Assembly (NCBI GenBank): GCA_027624915.1
Contig: JAQBTR010000001.1
Location: 35,609-99,608, forward strand
Length of the DNA: 64,000 bases
Reading direction: 5' to 3'
Source of the DNA: a bacterium
GTDB lineage: Bacteria > Patescibacteriota > Minisyncoccia > Ryanbacterales > GWA2-47-10b
Positions 10,802 to 19,982 of this stretch are shown here, in pieces. The translations under genes and the position numbers were made by a program. Every line of letters begins with the position of its first letter. The stretch's first letter is position 1. The notes beneath the pieces were generated by a model. The model had not been told where the DNA came from. It worked only from the letters and a program-made list of their open reading frames with translations, and did not search any database.

Positions 10802-11344
10802 ATGAGTCGAGTAGGCAAACAACCAATTGAAGTGCCAGCTGGTGTAGAGGTATCAATCGAACCTCGCCAGGTGACAGTGAAGGGACCGAAAGGAACTCTT
10901 GCTTTTGTTATGCCTCACGGAATCGAAGTAAAGAAAGAAGAAAGCTCGCTCGTTGTAACAACAACACAAAAAACACTCAGCACTAAAAAACTTTGGGGTA
11001 CCGTACGTTCAATTATTGCGAATAATATTGACGGCGTTACAAAGGGGTTTGAAAAGAAACTCGAAGTAGAGGGGGTTGGTTTTCGAGTGACGCTTCAGGG
11101 TAAGGACTTAGAAATGACTCTTGGATTTTCTCACCCAGTGAAATTCCCAGCACCAGAGGGTGTTGAGTTTGTGGTTGAAAAAAACACTATTACAATAACA
11201 GGTCCATCAAAGGATGCAGTTGGCCGTGCAGCCGCTGAGATTCGTTCACTCAAAAAGCCGGAGCCCTACAAAGGTAAGGGTATTCACTATGTTGGTGAAA
11301 TTATAAAACGTAAGGCTGGTAAGAAAGCTATGGGATCCGCTTAA
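10802..11344 (+). CDS. rplF: 50S ribosomal protein L6.
   Basis: MSRVGKQPIEVPAGVEV...; two-domain L6 of 180 aa. Confidence 0.94.
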   Translation: MSRVGKQPIEVPAGVEVSIEPRQVTVKGPKGTLAFVMPHGIEVKKEESSLVVTTTQKTLSTKKLWGTVRSIIANNIDGVTKGFEKKLEVEGVGFRVTLQGKDLEMTLGFSHPVKFPAPEGVEFVVEKNTITITGPSKDAVGRAAAEIRSLKKPEPYKGKGIHYVGEIIKRKAGKKAMGSA

Positions 11345-11353
11345 TACATCATT

Positions 11354-11701
11354 ATGTCTACTTCAACATCACGACAAAAACTAACAAGACGTCATGCTCG
11401 AGTTCGAGCTAAGATTTCGGGTACAGCTAAGTGCCCACGTATTTCTGTTTCTCGCTCTTCTCGTCACATACAAGCTCAACTTATTGATGATGAAAAGAAT
11501 GTAACACTTTTTGGTATGAGCGACCTGAAAGCAAAGAAAGGAACAAAAACAGAGCGTGCCGGAGCAATTGGTGCAGAAATAGCAAAAGCAGCTGCAGACA
11601 AAGGAATTAAAGAAGTCGTATTTGATCGTGGCGGGTTTAAGTACCATGGACGAGTTAAGGCATTAGCAGAAGCAGTCCGTCGCGGGGGGATTAAATTTTA
11701 A
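11354..11701 (+). CDS. rplR: 50S ribosomal protein L18.
   Basis: ...RHARVRAKISGTAKCPRISVSRSSRHIQAQLIDD...FDRGGFKYHGRVKALAEAVRRGG... Confidence 0.93.
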   Translation: MSTSTSRQKLTRRHARVRAKISGTAKCPRISVSRSSRHIQAQLIDDEKNVTLFGMSDLKAKKGTKTERAGAIGAEIAKAAADKGIKEVVFDRGGFKYHGRVKALAEAVRRGGIKF

Positions 11702-11703
11702 AT

Positions 11704-12198
11704 ATGGTTAAACCACCTACACCAACAAAGCGAGGACGACAAGGACGCGGCCGAAAACCTCGAGATCCAGAAGAGGGATTGAATCGACTTCTCGACCTTC
11801 GTCGTGTGACACGTGTTGTGTCCGGAGGCCGTCGATTTAGTTTTCGTGCAACAGTTGTAGCCGGTACAAAAAACGGTGAGGTTGGCGTTGGAACTGGTAA
11901 GGGAACTGACACAGCACTCGCAATTGAAAAGGGATTAAGACGTGCAAAGGCAAACTTTGTTAAGTTTCCTATTACAAAAGATAAGTCTATTCCATATGAG
12001 GTGGAGGCAAAATTTGGTGCCTCACGTCTTAAACTTAAGCCAGCACGAAAGGGGCGTGGTTTAATAGCTGGTGGAGCGGTACGATTGGTACTTGAATTCG
12101 CTGGTGTAGAAAACGCAAGCGCCAAAATGATTTCCCGTGGTACTAATAAGCTCAACAACGCACTTTGTGCAGTTGAGGCTCTCAAAAAATTAAAATAA
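11704..12198 (+). CDS. rpsE: 30S ribosomal protein S5.
   Basis: ...RVTRVVSGGRRFSFRATVVAGTKNGEVGVGTGKG... and ...KLNNALCAVEALKKLK. Confidence 0.95.
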   Translation: MVKPPTPTKRGRQGRGRKPRDPEEGLNRLLDLRRVTRVVSGGRRFSFRATVVAGTKNGEVGVGTGKGTDTALAIEKGLRRAKANFVKFPITKDKSIPYEVEAKFGASRLKLKPARKGRGLIAGGAVRLVLEFAGVENASAKMISRGTNKLNNALCAVEALKKLK

Positions 12199-12202
12199 TA
12201 GT

Positions 12203-12682
12203 ATGCAATCTCACACCCTTACAGCAAGTAAAAATAGAACAAAGCGACGTGTTGGCCGCGGAGGAAAGCGCGGTAGTTTTTCTGGGCGTGGAATTAAGGG
12301 TCAAAAGGCTCGAGCAGGACGCAAGATGCGTCCAGAGCTCCGTGATATTATTAAGAAAATTCCTAAGCATAAAGGATACCGTCATTCCTACAGACCAAGT
12401 AATATAGTGACAGTACGAGCCTCATCCATCTCAAAAGCCTTCAAAGCTGGTGAAACAGTTACTCCAAAGACATTGGTAGAGAAGCGAATCGTAAAGCGTC
12501 TTTCAGGAAGGGTTCCAACTAATATTAGAATTCTTGGAGACAAGAAGCTTCTTGCAAAGCTTGATGTGAACGGTGTTACGTTTACAGGTGAGAGCAAGAG
12601 TAATGCTAAGACTAAGGCAAAACCAGAAGTAAAAGTAAAACCAGAAGTAAAAACGAAAGCCACAAAAACAAAGACTAAATAA
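12203..12682 (+). CDS. rplO: 50S ribosomal protein L15 with a Lys-rich C-terminal tail containing a direct KPEVK repeat. It follows rpsE directly, with no L30 gene in between.
   Basis: ...RRVGRGGKRGSFSGRGIKGQKARAGR... L15 motif; tail ...KAKPEVKVKPEVKTKATKTKTK. Confidence 0.93.
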   Translation: MQSHTLTASKNRTKRRVGRGGKRGSFSGRGIKGQKARAGRKMRPELRDIIKKIPKHKGYRHSYRPSNIVTVRASSISKAFKAGETVTPKTLVEKRIVKRLSGRVPTNIRILGDKKLLAKLDVNGVTFTGESKSNAKTKAKPEVKVKPEVKTKATKTKTK

Positions 12683-13944
12683 TGAATACACTAGCAGCTA
12701 TTTTTAAAGACAAGGACCTTCGAACACGAATCCTTTTTGTTTTGGGTTTCTTGGGTGTTTTTCGACTTTTGGCGGTAGTCCCAATTCCAAATATTGATAC
12801 AAGCCAGTTAGCAGGTTTTCTTTCAGGTAATAACTTTCTTGGACTTTTGAATATCTTCTCGGGAGGTGGACTCGATAACATTTCTATTGTGATGCTCGGT
12901 GTTGGTCCATATATTACAGCCTCAATTATCATGCAGCTCTTCACTATGATCTTTCCTTCTTTGAAGGAGATGTATCAAGAAGATGGTGAGGCAGGCCGAC
13001 GCAAGTTTAATCAGTATTCACGACTTTTAACTGTGCCCCTCGCATTTTTGCAGGCGTATGGAATTTTGACACTTCTCATTAGACAGGGCGCACTTCCAGA
13101 GCTCGCGGCTTTTGGCATGTTTACAAGCATGATGGTGGCTGCCGCCGGTAGCATCCTTCTTATGTGGATGGGTGAGCTTATCACCGAGTATGGCATTGGC
13201 AACGGTGTATCATTGATTATCTTTGCAGGTATTGTCGCCTCAATTCCACAAACAGCTCAGCAAATTATTTTTCAGTATGATCCAACACTCTTGCCGACTA
13301 TCATTGGATTCTTGATTGTATCCATTTTGGTTATTGCAGGCGTTGTCATGGTAAGTGAGGCCGAACGACCGGTTCCGATTTCGTACGCACGACGTGTACG
13401 CGGCTCAAAAGTATACGGTGGTGTTTCAACCTACCTACCGCTTCGAGTTAATCAAGCGGGAGTCATCCCAATTATTTTTGCGCTTTCAATTCTTATCTTT
13501 CCATCAATTGTAGGAAGCTTCTTGGCAGCTGCCTCAAACCCAACTATTGCTGCCATCGGTTCTTATTTGGCCAACTTTCTAAACAACCTTTGGTTATATG
13601 GAATCTTTTACTTTATTTTGGTTGTTGCGTTCACATACTTTTATACGGCCGTCACATTTGATCCAGATGCAATCTCTAGTAACCTGCAAAAGCAAGGAGG
13701 ATTTATTCCTGGTATTCGTCCTGGACCATCGACCTCGCAGTTTCTTTCTCGACTTATCACGCGAATTACACTCGTTGGAGCCCTGTTCCTTGGTGTAGTT
13801 GCTGTTTTGCCTATTGCGATGCAGGGGCTCTTGGGAACGGCAACTCTTACGCTTGGAGGTACTGCACTTCTCATCGTGGTATCGGTGGTTCTTGAAACAC
13901 TCAAACAGGTGAAAGCGCAGATGACACTCCGCGAATACGACTAA
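12682..13944 (+). CDS. secY: Preprotein translocase subunit SecY.
   Basis: 420 aa; 10 predicted TM segments; ...LGVGPYITASIIMQL... and ...GNGVSLIIFAGIVA... SecY signatures. Confidence 0.95.
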   Translation: MNTLAAIFKDKDLRTRILFVLGFLGVFRLLAVVPIPNIDTSQLAGFLSGNNFLGLLNIFSGGGLDNISIVMLGVGPYITASIIMQLFTMIFPSLKEMYQEDGEAGRRKFNQYSRLLTVPLAFLQAYGILTLLIRQGALPELAAFGMFTSMMVAAAGSILLMWMGELITEYGIGNGVSLIIFAGIVASIPQTAQQIIFQYDPTLLPTIIGFLIVSILVIAGVVMVSEAERPVPISYARRVRGSKVYGGVSTYLPLRVNQAGVIPIIFALSILIFPSIVGSFLAAASNPTIAAIGSYLANFLNNLWLYGIFYFILVVAFTYFYTAVTFDPDAISSNLQKQGGFIPGIRPGPSTSQFLSRLITRITLVGALFLGVVAVLPIAMQGLLGTATLTLGGTALLIVVSVVLETLKQVKAQMTLREYD

Positions 13945-13980
13945 TCCCTCGGGCGGTTTTTTGGTCTTTTTTTCGTATAC
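13945..13980 (+). terminator. Possible terminator after secY: weak GC hairpin followed by two T-runs.
   Basis: ccctcgggcgg followed by tttttt ggtc ttttttt; the stem is weak. Confidence 0.35.
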
Positions 13981-14001
13981 TCAATATGCAATACTGTCTT
14001 C

Positions 14002-14691
14002 ATGGCATTCCCAAAGGCAATCCTCTTCGTTGGCCCACCAGGGTCCGGTAAGGGAACTCAAGCAGATGAAGTTCTCTCACGTTTTGACGGGTTTGTGCTT
14101 TTTGATACGGGACGAGAGATAGAAAAGACAGTTAATGATCCAAAACAGCTCGAGGACCCCGCCATTCGAATGGAGAAAGAAATGTTTGAGAAGGGCGAGC
14201 TTAACACTTCGTCTTGGGTTCAGGACTTGGTGAGAGATGGAATCAAAAGAATCTCAATGTCAGGGCAGGGGGTTATTCTCTCTGGTTCACCACGAACACG
14301 AGAAGAAGCGCAGTTTCTTATACCACTTCTGTTTGAAGTGTATGGAGAGGGTTCAGTTACGGTTTTTCAGCTTTTTGTAAGTGAAGAAACATCAATATTT
14401 AGAAATGGACACAGACGAATTTGCGAAACATGCGGTAGGTCAATAATGTGGTCAGAAGAAAACAAGGAAATTACATTTTGTCCTGTGTGTGGTGGTAAGG
14501 TTATCACGCGCGCACTTGATAAGCCCGAGATTATAAAAGATAGACTCAAGGTGTATAGGCGAAGGACGGAAGCTATCATGCCATTTATACGAGCGCTTGG
14601 GATTTCAATAATTGAAATTAATGGAGAACAGACACCCGATGCCGTGAGTGCGCAAGTTATTGGTACATTAAACGAACTAGCGTCTCATTAA
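14002..14691 (+). CDS. adk: Adenylate kinase with a zinc-binding LID, divergent from canonical forms.
   Basis: P-loop GPPGSGKGTQA; LID CETCG...CPVCGG; located after secY as in the spc operon. Confidence 0.75.
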   Translation: MAFPKAILFVGPPGSGKGTQADEVLSRFDGFVLFDTGREIEKTVNDPKQLEDPAIRMEKEMFEKGELNTSSWVQDLVRDGIKRISMSGQGVILSGSPRTREEAQFLIPLLFEVYGEGSVTVFQLFVSEETSIFRNGHRRICETCGRSIMWSEENKEITFCPVCGGKVITRALDKPEIIKDRLKVYRRRTEAIMPFIRALGISIIEINGEQTPDAVSAQVIGTLNELASH

Positions 14692-14713
14692 ATGAATTTT
14701 ATAATTCATAATC

Positions 14714-14803
14714 CCAAAATTTCGGCTACGACTCATCAGAAATTTTTCAAAGTATCTATGGATATTCCTCAAAATTTTTGATTTCGTCTCACTCAAAATT
14801 TTA
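14714..14803. repeat. Copy A of a ~95-nt intergenic repeat family (the other copies are at 48340-48436 and 50989-51084).
   Basis: Shares aaatttcggctac...aaatttt...tatctatggatatt...tcaaaattttt...cactcaaaattt blocks with copies B and C. Confidence 0.7.
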
Positions 14804-14842
14804 AGATTCTTAATCACAAAATTAAATTAACAAGACACTCAA

Positions 14843-15601
14843 ATGATTATTACAAACCCAAGTGCAATAGAAAATCTTCGCGAGGGCGGTAAAAAACTTG
14901 CTGAAATTTTACGTATGGTGGTTAGTCACGTAAAACCAGGTGTTATGACGATTGAGCTAGATCAGTTAGCAGAAGAAGCAATTTTAAAAGCTGGCGGTCG
15001 CCCATCGTTTAAGAATTATAAGACCGAGGGAACACGAGGTGCATATCCTGCGACCCTCTGTGTTTCACTTAATAATGAAATTGTTCATGGCATTCCAGGT
15101 CGCTATGTAATTAAGGAGGGAGATGTTGTTAGTCTTGATATAGGCATGCAGTACAAACAGATTTTTACTGACACGGCACTAACTGTTTCTGTTGGAGATG
15201 TTGGTGAAGACGTGGAACGTCTAATACGAGCAACAAAAAGGTCTCTTGATGTGGGCATTGAGGCTGCTGGCCCAGATGTTCCTATAGGGACAATTGGTAG
15301 TACAATTCAGAATCACCTAGAAGGAGAGGGTTTTGGTGTTGTTCGAGAGCTTGTTGGACATGGCGTTGGCGCTGATGTACATGAAGAACCAGAAATTCCT
15401 AATTGGGGCACAGAGGGACAGGGAGAAAAACTTGTTCCTGGCATGGTATTAGCGCTCGAACCAATGGCAACGTTGGGTTCTCCAGACGTTTCTCCAAGCG
15501 AAGACGGATGGGTGTGGTCAACGGCTGATGGTAGTATGTCTGCCCATTTTGAACATACAATTTTAATAACTGAAAACGGAAGAGAAATCATAACTAAATG
15601 A
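14843..15601 (+). CDS. map: Methionine aminopeptidase type I.
   Basis: ...VVSLDIGMQYKQIFTD...VGHGVGADVHEEP...EHTILITENG... metal-ligand pattern of MetAP. Confidence 0.93.
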   Translation: MIITNPSAIENLREGGKKLAEILRMVVSHVKPGVMTIELDQLAEEAILKAGGRPSFKNYKTEGTRGAYPATLCVSLNNEIVHGIPGRYVIKEGDVVSLDIGMQYKQIFTDTALTVSVGDVGEDVERLIRATKRSLDVGIEAAGPDVPIGTIGSTIQNHLEGEGFGVVRELVGHGVGADVHEEPEIPNWGTEGQGEKLVPGMVLALEPMATLGSPDVSPSEDGWVWSTADGSMSAHFEHTILITENGREIITK

Positions 15602-15718
15602 GTCCCGTTAGAGGCCGCGGTCACAAATAAAAAATAAAAATATGTATAAAATTCAGGTAAAAATTTGTTTAATTAAAAAAAATGCATGTCGCAGCAAACG
15701 CGACCTGCCTCTAACGGG

Positions 15719-16129
15719 ATGAGTCGAATCTTGGGATTAGATTATGGAATGCGCCGCATAGGGATAGCCTTGAGTGATGAGCGTGGTATGATGGGATTTC
15801 CATACGGTGTTTTGGATACAAAAGAAATGGAAGAAAAAGAGATTTTTGAGTACTTCGAGTCTTTGTGCAAAAAGGAAAGCGTTGGGGATATTGTACTTGG
15901 TATTCCTCGTGGACTGTCAGAAATGCAGGAAACCGAGATGACAGACCGCACGTTCACATTTGGTAAAAAGCTCAAAAAATTTGATATACCAGTACACTTT
16001 ATAGATGAATTTCTCTCGACAAAAGAAGCTAAACACGGCCCAACAACAAAGGAAAACATTGATGCGTCAGCTGCAACTATAATTCTCCAAAGTTTTATCG
16101 ATTCTAGAAAACAATTTGTGCTAGAATAA
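15719..16129 (+). CDS. ruvX: Holliday-junction resolvase-like YqgF/RuvX (pre-16S rRNA nuclease). Start assigned to the ATG at 15719 (MSRILGLDYG...).
   Basis: ILGLDYGMRRIGIALSD N-terminal RNase H-like motif; ~137 aa is typical for RuvX. The longer ORF from 15686 begins inside an inverted repeat. Confidence 0.8.
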   Translation: MSRILGLDYGMRRIGIALSDERGMMGFPYGVLDTKEMEEKEIFEYFESLCKKESVGDIVLGIPRGLSEMQETEMTDRTFTFGKKLKKFDIPVHFIDEFLSTKEAKHGPTTKENIDASAATIILQSFIDSRKQFVLE

Positions 16130-16133
16130 TTAC

Positions 16134-16868
16134 ATGAATCCACATCTTTCTGTAATCATTCCAGCATATAAAGAGGAGAAGAGACTCTCCAAATCTTTTA
16201 CTATGTTTGTTGATTATCTATCGGCTCAACCCTTTGAGTGGGAGCTTATTATTGTTGTCGATGGATCTCCTGACAAGACGGGTGAGGTTGCAAAAAAACT
16301 TGCACAAAATAACCCAAGCGTGCGTGTTATAGATCGTAAGGATAACCATGGCAAGGGTTATACCGTTCGCGAGGGCCTTTTGGCAGCCAATGGTGATATT
16401 AGACTTTTTGCTGACGCAGACAACTCAACCGACATTAATCATTTTGATAAGATGAAATCTCTTTTTGAAAATGGAGCAGATGTCGTAATTTGTTCACGAG
16501 ACGCAAAGGATGCGGCAGGTGCTTCCCAAGCAGTTAAACAACCTATTTTAAAACGAACACTTGGTAATCTCGGAAATCTCTACATACAGATAATGGCAGT
16601 ATGGGGAATTTGGGATACGCAATGTGGCTTCAAAGCATTTTCTGCAAAAGCTGCTGAAGATATTTTTTCAGTATCAAAAATTGATCGTTGGGGTTTTGAT
16701 GTAGAAACTTTAGCACTCGCACGACATTTTAAATATAAGATTGAAATTGTCCCAGCGTATTGGATTAACGACACGGCAAGCACCGTTACTCTTTCCGGAT
16801 ATCTAAAAGTGCTTTGGGAAACTCTTTTGGTTAGGTGGTGGCTGCTAACGGGAGGATATAAAAAATAA
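16134..16868 (+). CDS. Family 2 glycosyltransferase, dolichyl/polyprenyl-phosphate glycosyltransferase-like.
   Basis: ...LSVIIPAYKEE...IIVVDGSPDKT... and DxD (FADADNS) GT-A fold motifs. Confidence 0.8.
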   Translation: MNPHLSVIIPAYKEEKRLSKSFTMFVDYLSAQPFEWELIIVVDGSPDKTGEVAKKLAQNNPSVRVIDRKDNHGKGYTVREGLLAANGDIRLFADADNSTDINHFDKMKSLFENGADVVICSRDAKDAAGASQAVKQPILKRTLGNLGNLYIQIMAVWGIWDTQCGFKAFSAKAAEDIFSVSKIDRWGFDVETLALARHFKYKIEIVPAYWINDTASTVTLSGYLKVLWETLLVRWWLLTGGYKK

Positions 16869-17896
16869 TGGATAAAGATAATATTCCAGAACTTCGCCAA
16901 AACCCCGTAAGCGGCGATTGGCAACTAGTAGCACCGGGACGCCGTGGCCGTCCCGATCAGTTTATTCGTGAGAAAAAAGACAAAAAAGTACCAAAGAGTA
17001 AGTGCGCATTCGAAAATCCTCAAAAGTCTGGCAATGGTGAGCCAATCGTTTGGTATTCAAAAGATGGTGAGGAACATGACCCGGTTCGTCAAAAGGATTG
17101 GTTGGTGCAGGTAATACCAAATAAGTATCCAGCGCTTGTTCCACATGAGAATACGTGTCCGACAGCATCATCTCTTGATCTCACTCGTAAAATGGAGGGG
17201 AGAGGATTTCATGAGGTTGTTATATCACGTGACCATGAGCGTTCACTTGCGGACATGACGGCCGAAGAGGGGGAACCTGTTGTCCGAGCTTACCATGACA
17301 GGAGTCGGGCGCTTACTAAGGAGGATTGTTTAAAGTACACTATTATTTTTCATAACCATGGCGAGGCGGCTGGCGCTTCCATTGCTCACCCACATTCTCA
17401 AATTTTGGCATTGCCAATTATTCCGACCGACGTTCGTCGGTCGCTAGACGGCTCTTTGCGTAACAAAGAGAAGTTTGGAAAGTGTGTTCATTGCGAAATG
17501 ATTGCCTTTGAACAAAAGCAAAAGGTTCGGGTTATCTATCAAAATAAAAAATTTATAGTGATAGCACCTTTTGCATCAAGCGTTAATTTTGAGATGCGAA
17601 TTTTTCCGCTAAAACACGAGTCACACTTTGAGCACGTAGATGGCAAGGATCTTATTGATCTTTCTGACGCTCTCACAACGGCACTACACAAGTTACAGGT
17701 AGTATTAAAACATCCAGCATTTAACTTTTTTATTCATACGGCACCCATGCATGAAGGACAATACATGTTTTATCACTGGCACCTTGAGATTTTTCCTAAG
17801 ACGTCTCACATGGCTGGTGTGGAGTTGGGTACAGGAATTGAGGTTGTTACAATGCCACCAGAAGATGCCGCCAAGTTTTTACGAGAAGCAAAGTAG
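16868..17896 (+). CDS. galT: Galactose-1-phosphate uridylyltransferase, HIT superfamily.
   Basis: ...NPVSGDWQLVAPGRRGRP...; active site HPHSQI (HxHxQ); second half-domain ...HWHLEIFP... Confidence 0.75.
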   Translation: MDKDNIPELRQNPVSGDWQLVAPGRRGRPDQFIREKKDKKVPKSKCAFENPQKSGNGEPIVWYSKDGEEHDPVRQKDWLVQVIPNKYPALVPHENTCPTASSLDLTRKMEGRGFHEVVISRDHERSLADMTAEEGEPVVRAYHDRSRALTKEDCLKYTIIFHNHGEAAGASIAHPHSQILALPIIPTDVRRSLDGSLRNKEKFGKCVHCEMIAFEQKQKVRVIYQNKKFIVIAPFASSVNFEMRIFPLKHESHFEHVDGKDLIDLSDALTTALHKLQVVLKHPAFNFFIHTAPMHEGQYMFYHWHLEIFPKTSHMAGVELGTGIEVVTMPPEDAAKFLREAK

Positions 17897-17912
17897 ATTC
17901 TAAATACATTTT

Positions 17913-18662
17913 ATGAAAAACATAATTGTAGGTAACTGGAAGATGAACCCCAAGACCAAAAAAGAGGCCGAAAGTCTTGCAAAATCAGTCATAAAGGGAA
18001 TTGGCTCAAGTTCAAAAGTAGACGTAGTAATAGCACCCCCCCACGTTTTTCTAGGGGCTATTTCGGGCTCAAAAGCAGTATCTCTGGGGGCTCAGGATGC
18101 CTTCTATGAGCCTTCTGGGTCACAGACGGGTGAAGTATCCCCCCTGATGGTAAAGAGCCTTGGGGTTAAATATGTGATTCTTGGGCACTCATCGCGTAGG
18201 GCTCGTGGTGAGACGGATGAGGTCATAGCAAAGAAGGTTATAGAGGTCTTGAAGTCAGGGCTTGTGCCCATAGTATGTATTGGAGAGCGAGAGCGTGACC
18301 ATGATGGCAGGTTTTTGGCAGCAATAAAAGATCAGCTCATGTCTGCATTTTCAAAAGTTGCACGCAAGGATATTACAAAAGTTATAGTTACGTATGAACC
18401 AGTATGGGCAATTAGTGCAAATAAGTCTTCCCATCCAGCAAGTCCAGGGGACGCAAATGAAGCAGCACTTTTTATTCGAAAGACACTCGCACATAATTAT
18501 GGCATTCCAATCGCCAAAAAAGTTCGTATAATCTATGGAGGCTCATCTAATGCTAAAAATGCTGAATCTTTTTTGGCCGAACGCGAGGTTGCTGGTTTGC
18601 TGGTTGGTAGCGCAAGTTTAAATGCAAAAGAATTTGTAGAGATGGTAAAATGCGCCAGATAA
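17913..18662 (+). CDS. tpiA: Triosephosphate isomerase.
   Basis: GNWKMN..., ILGHSSRR, YEPVWAI and GGSS...N motifs. Confidence 0.88.
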   Translation: MKNIIVGNWKMNPKTKKEAESLAKSVIKGIGSSSKVDVVIAPPHVFLGAISGSKAVSLGAQDAFYEPSGSQTGEVSPLMVKSLGVKYVILGHSSRRARGETDEVIAKKVIEVLKSGLVPIVCIGERERDHDGRFLAAIKDQLMSAFSKVARKDITKVIVTYEPVWAISANKSSHPASPGDANEAALFIRKTLAHNYGIPIAKKVRIIYGGSSNAKNAESFLAEREVAGLLVGSASLNAKEFVEMVKCAR

Positions 18663-19789
18663 AATTTAAAAAACTTCCTAAGAATTTAAAAGACAAAACA
18701 GTACTATTGCGTGCTGGTTTTAATGAACCCGTAAAAAGTGGAAAAATTATTGATACCTTCAGAATTAAAAGTATTGCACCAACCGTACAAGAATTACATA
18801 GACGCAGCGCCCAACTGATAATCTGTGCTCACTTAGAGGGGCCATCTGGTAAGCCAGTTTCTTTTGCACCTTACGTTTCGCAAATCGAAAAAATACTCAA
18901 AACAGATGTAGTCTTTGTTAAGAATTACAAAAAACTACCAGACACCAAGGGTAAGCCTATATTTTTAGAAAACCTACGTCTTAACAAGGGAGAAAAGAAA
19001 AACGATCCAAAGTTCGCAAAACTTTTGGCTTCTCTAGCGGACGTATATGTTAATGAGGCGTTTTCAGTAAGCCATAGAAAACATGCCTCCGTTGTTGGCG
19101 TACCAAACTATTTGCCTTCATTCGCAGGCCCTCTTTTTTTACGAGAGATTTCCAAGCTCTCAGAAGTGCAAAAGCCGAAACACCCATACTTGGTAATGAT
19201 TGGCGGCGCAAAATTTTCAACCAAGTACGGACTTTTGAAAGAGCTTCTGAAACAAGCAGATGGCGTATTCGTTGGTGGCGCGCTCGCTAATACATTTTTG
19301 GCGGCCCACGATATCGAAATTGGCCAATCTGTTTATGAGCCATCAGCAATTAAGGATATAAAACGAAACCTACTTAAAAACAAAAAAATAATGCTCCCGT
19401 TTGATGTTGAGGTTAGGGGATCACACAAGAGCAAGAGTATATTTGAAGTAAAAAAATCAGAAGCAATTTTTGATATTGGAAAAGAGACCATAGAACTTTT
19501 AACAACTCTCGCCAAAAGTACAAAATATCTTCTGTGGAACGGTCCTCTGGGCTTCACTGAAAGGGGATATGATAAGGGAACCCGTGAGCTTCTAAAGGCT
19601 TTTGCCAAGATTAAATCAACCAAGGTAATTATCGGTGGTGGAGATACTCTTGTTGAGATAGACCAGCTTAGGTATCACGACAAGTTTTATCATGTCTCAA
19701 CCGGTGGCGGCGCCATGCTCGATTTTTTGGCAGAGGGTACATTACCGGGACTAGAGGCTATTATTAAGAGTCAAAAAAAGTTAAAATAA
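18650..19789 (+). CDS. pgk: Phosphoglycerate kinase.
   Basis: ...LLRAGFNEP... N-terminal motif; ...GGGDT...GGGA... C-terminal nucleotide-binding motifs; 379 aa. Confidence 0.85.
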   Translation: MRQIKFKKLPKNLKDKTVLLRAGFNEPVKSGKIIDTFRIKSIAPTVQELHRRSAQLIICAHLEGPSGKPVSFAPYVSQIEKILKTDVVFVKNYKKLPDTKGKPIFLENLRLNKGEKKNDPKFAKLLASLADVYVNEAFSVSHRKHASVVGVPNYLPSFAGPLFLREISKLSEVQKPKHPYLVMIGGAKFSTKYGLLKELLKQADGVFVGGALANTFLAAHDIEIGQSVYEPSAIKDIKRNLLKNKKIMLPFDVEVRGSHKSKSIFEVKKSEAIFDIGKETIELLTTLAKSTKYLLWNGPLGFTERGYDKGTRELLKAFAKIKSTKVIIGGGDTLVEIDQLRYHDKFYHVSTGGGAMLDFLAEGTLPGLEAIIKSQKKLK

Positions 19790-19793
19790 TCTT

Positions 19794-19982
19794 ATGTTAG
19801 GAGCCAAAGAACAACAAACAGCGGAAGAAAAATCATCGAGTTGGGTATGGGTGTTATTTATCATATTTGCCGCAGGTGTGCTTTTACTAGCCTGGTACTC
19901 TTCCCAAATCTTTTTGCTTGAGGAGGATTCTGTTGAGCAGGACTCTCAATTTCTCATTCCTCCAAAGGCGTTAAAAAAATAA
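19794..19982 (+). CDS. Small single-pass membrane protein, hypothetical.
   Basis: One TM helix followed by WYSSQIFLLEEDS; paralogous to the N-terminus of the next gene. Confidence 0.5.
   Translation: MLGAKEQQTAEEKSSSWVWVLFIIFAAGVLLLAWYSSQIFLLEEDSVEQDSQFLIPPKALKK

Noticed and set aside
12601-12682. Short direct repeat aaaccagaagtaaaagtaaaaccagaagtaaaaac at the 3' end of rplO, considered as a possible CRISPR or mobile repeat.
   Set aside because: It is only two units, lies in-frame within the coding sequence, and encodes the KPEVK-KPEVK lysine-rich tail. No CRISPR-like regular repeat-spacer array exists anywhere in the window.
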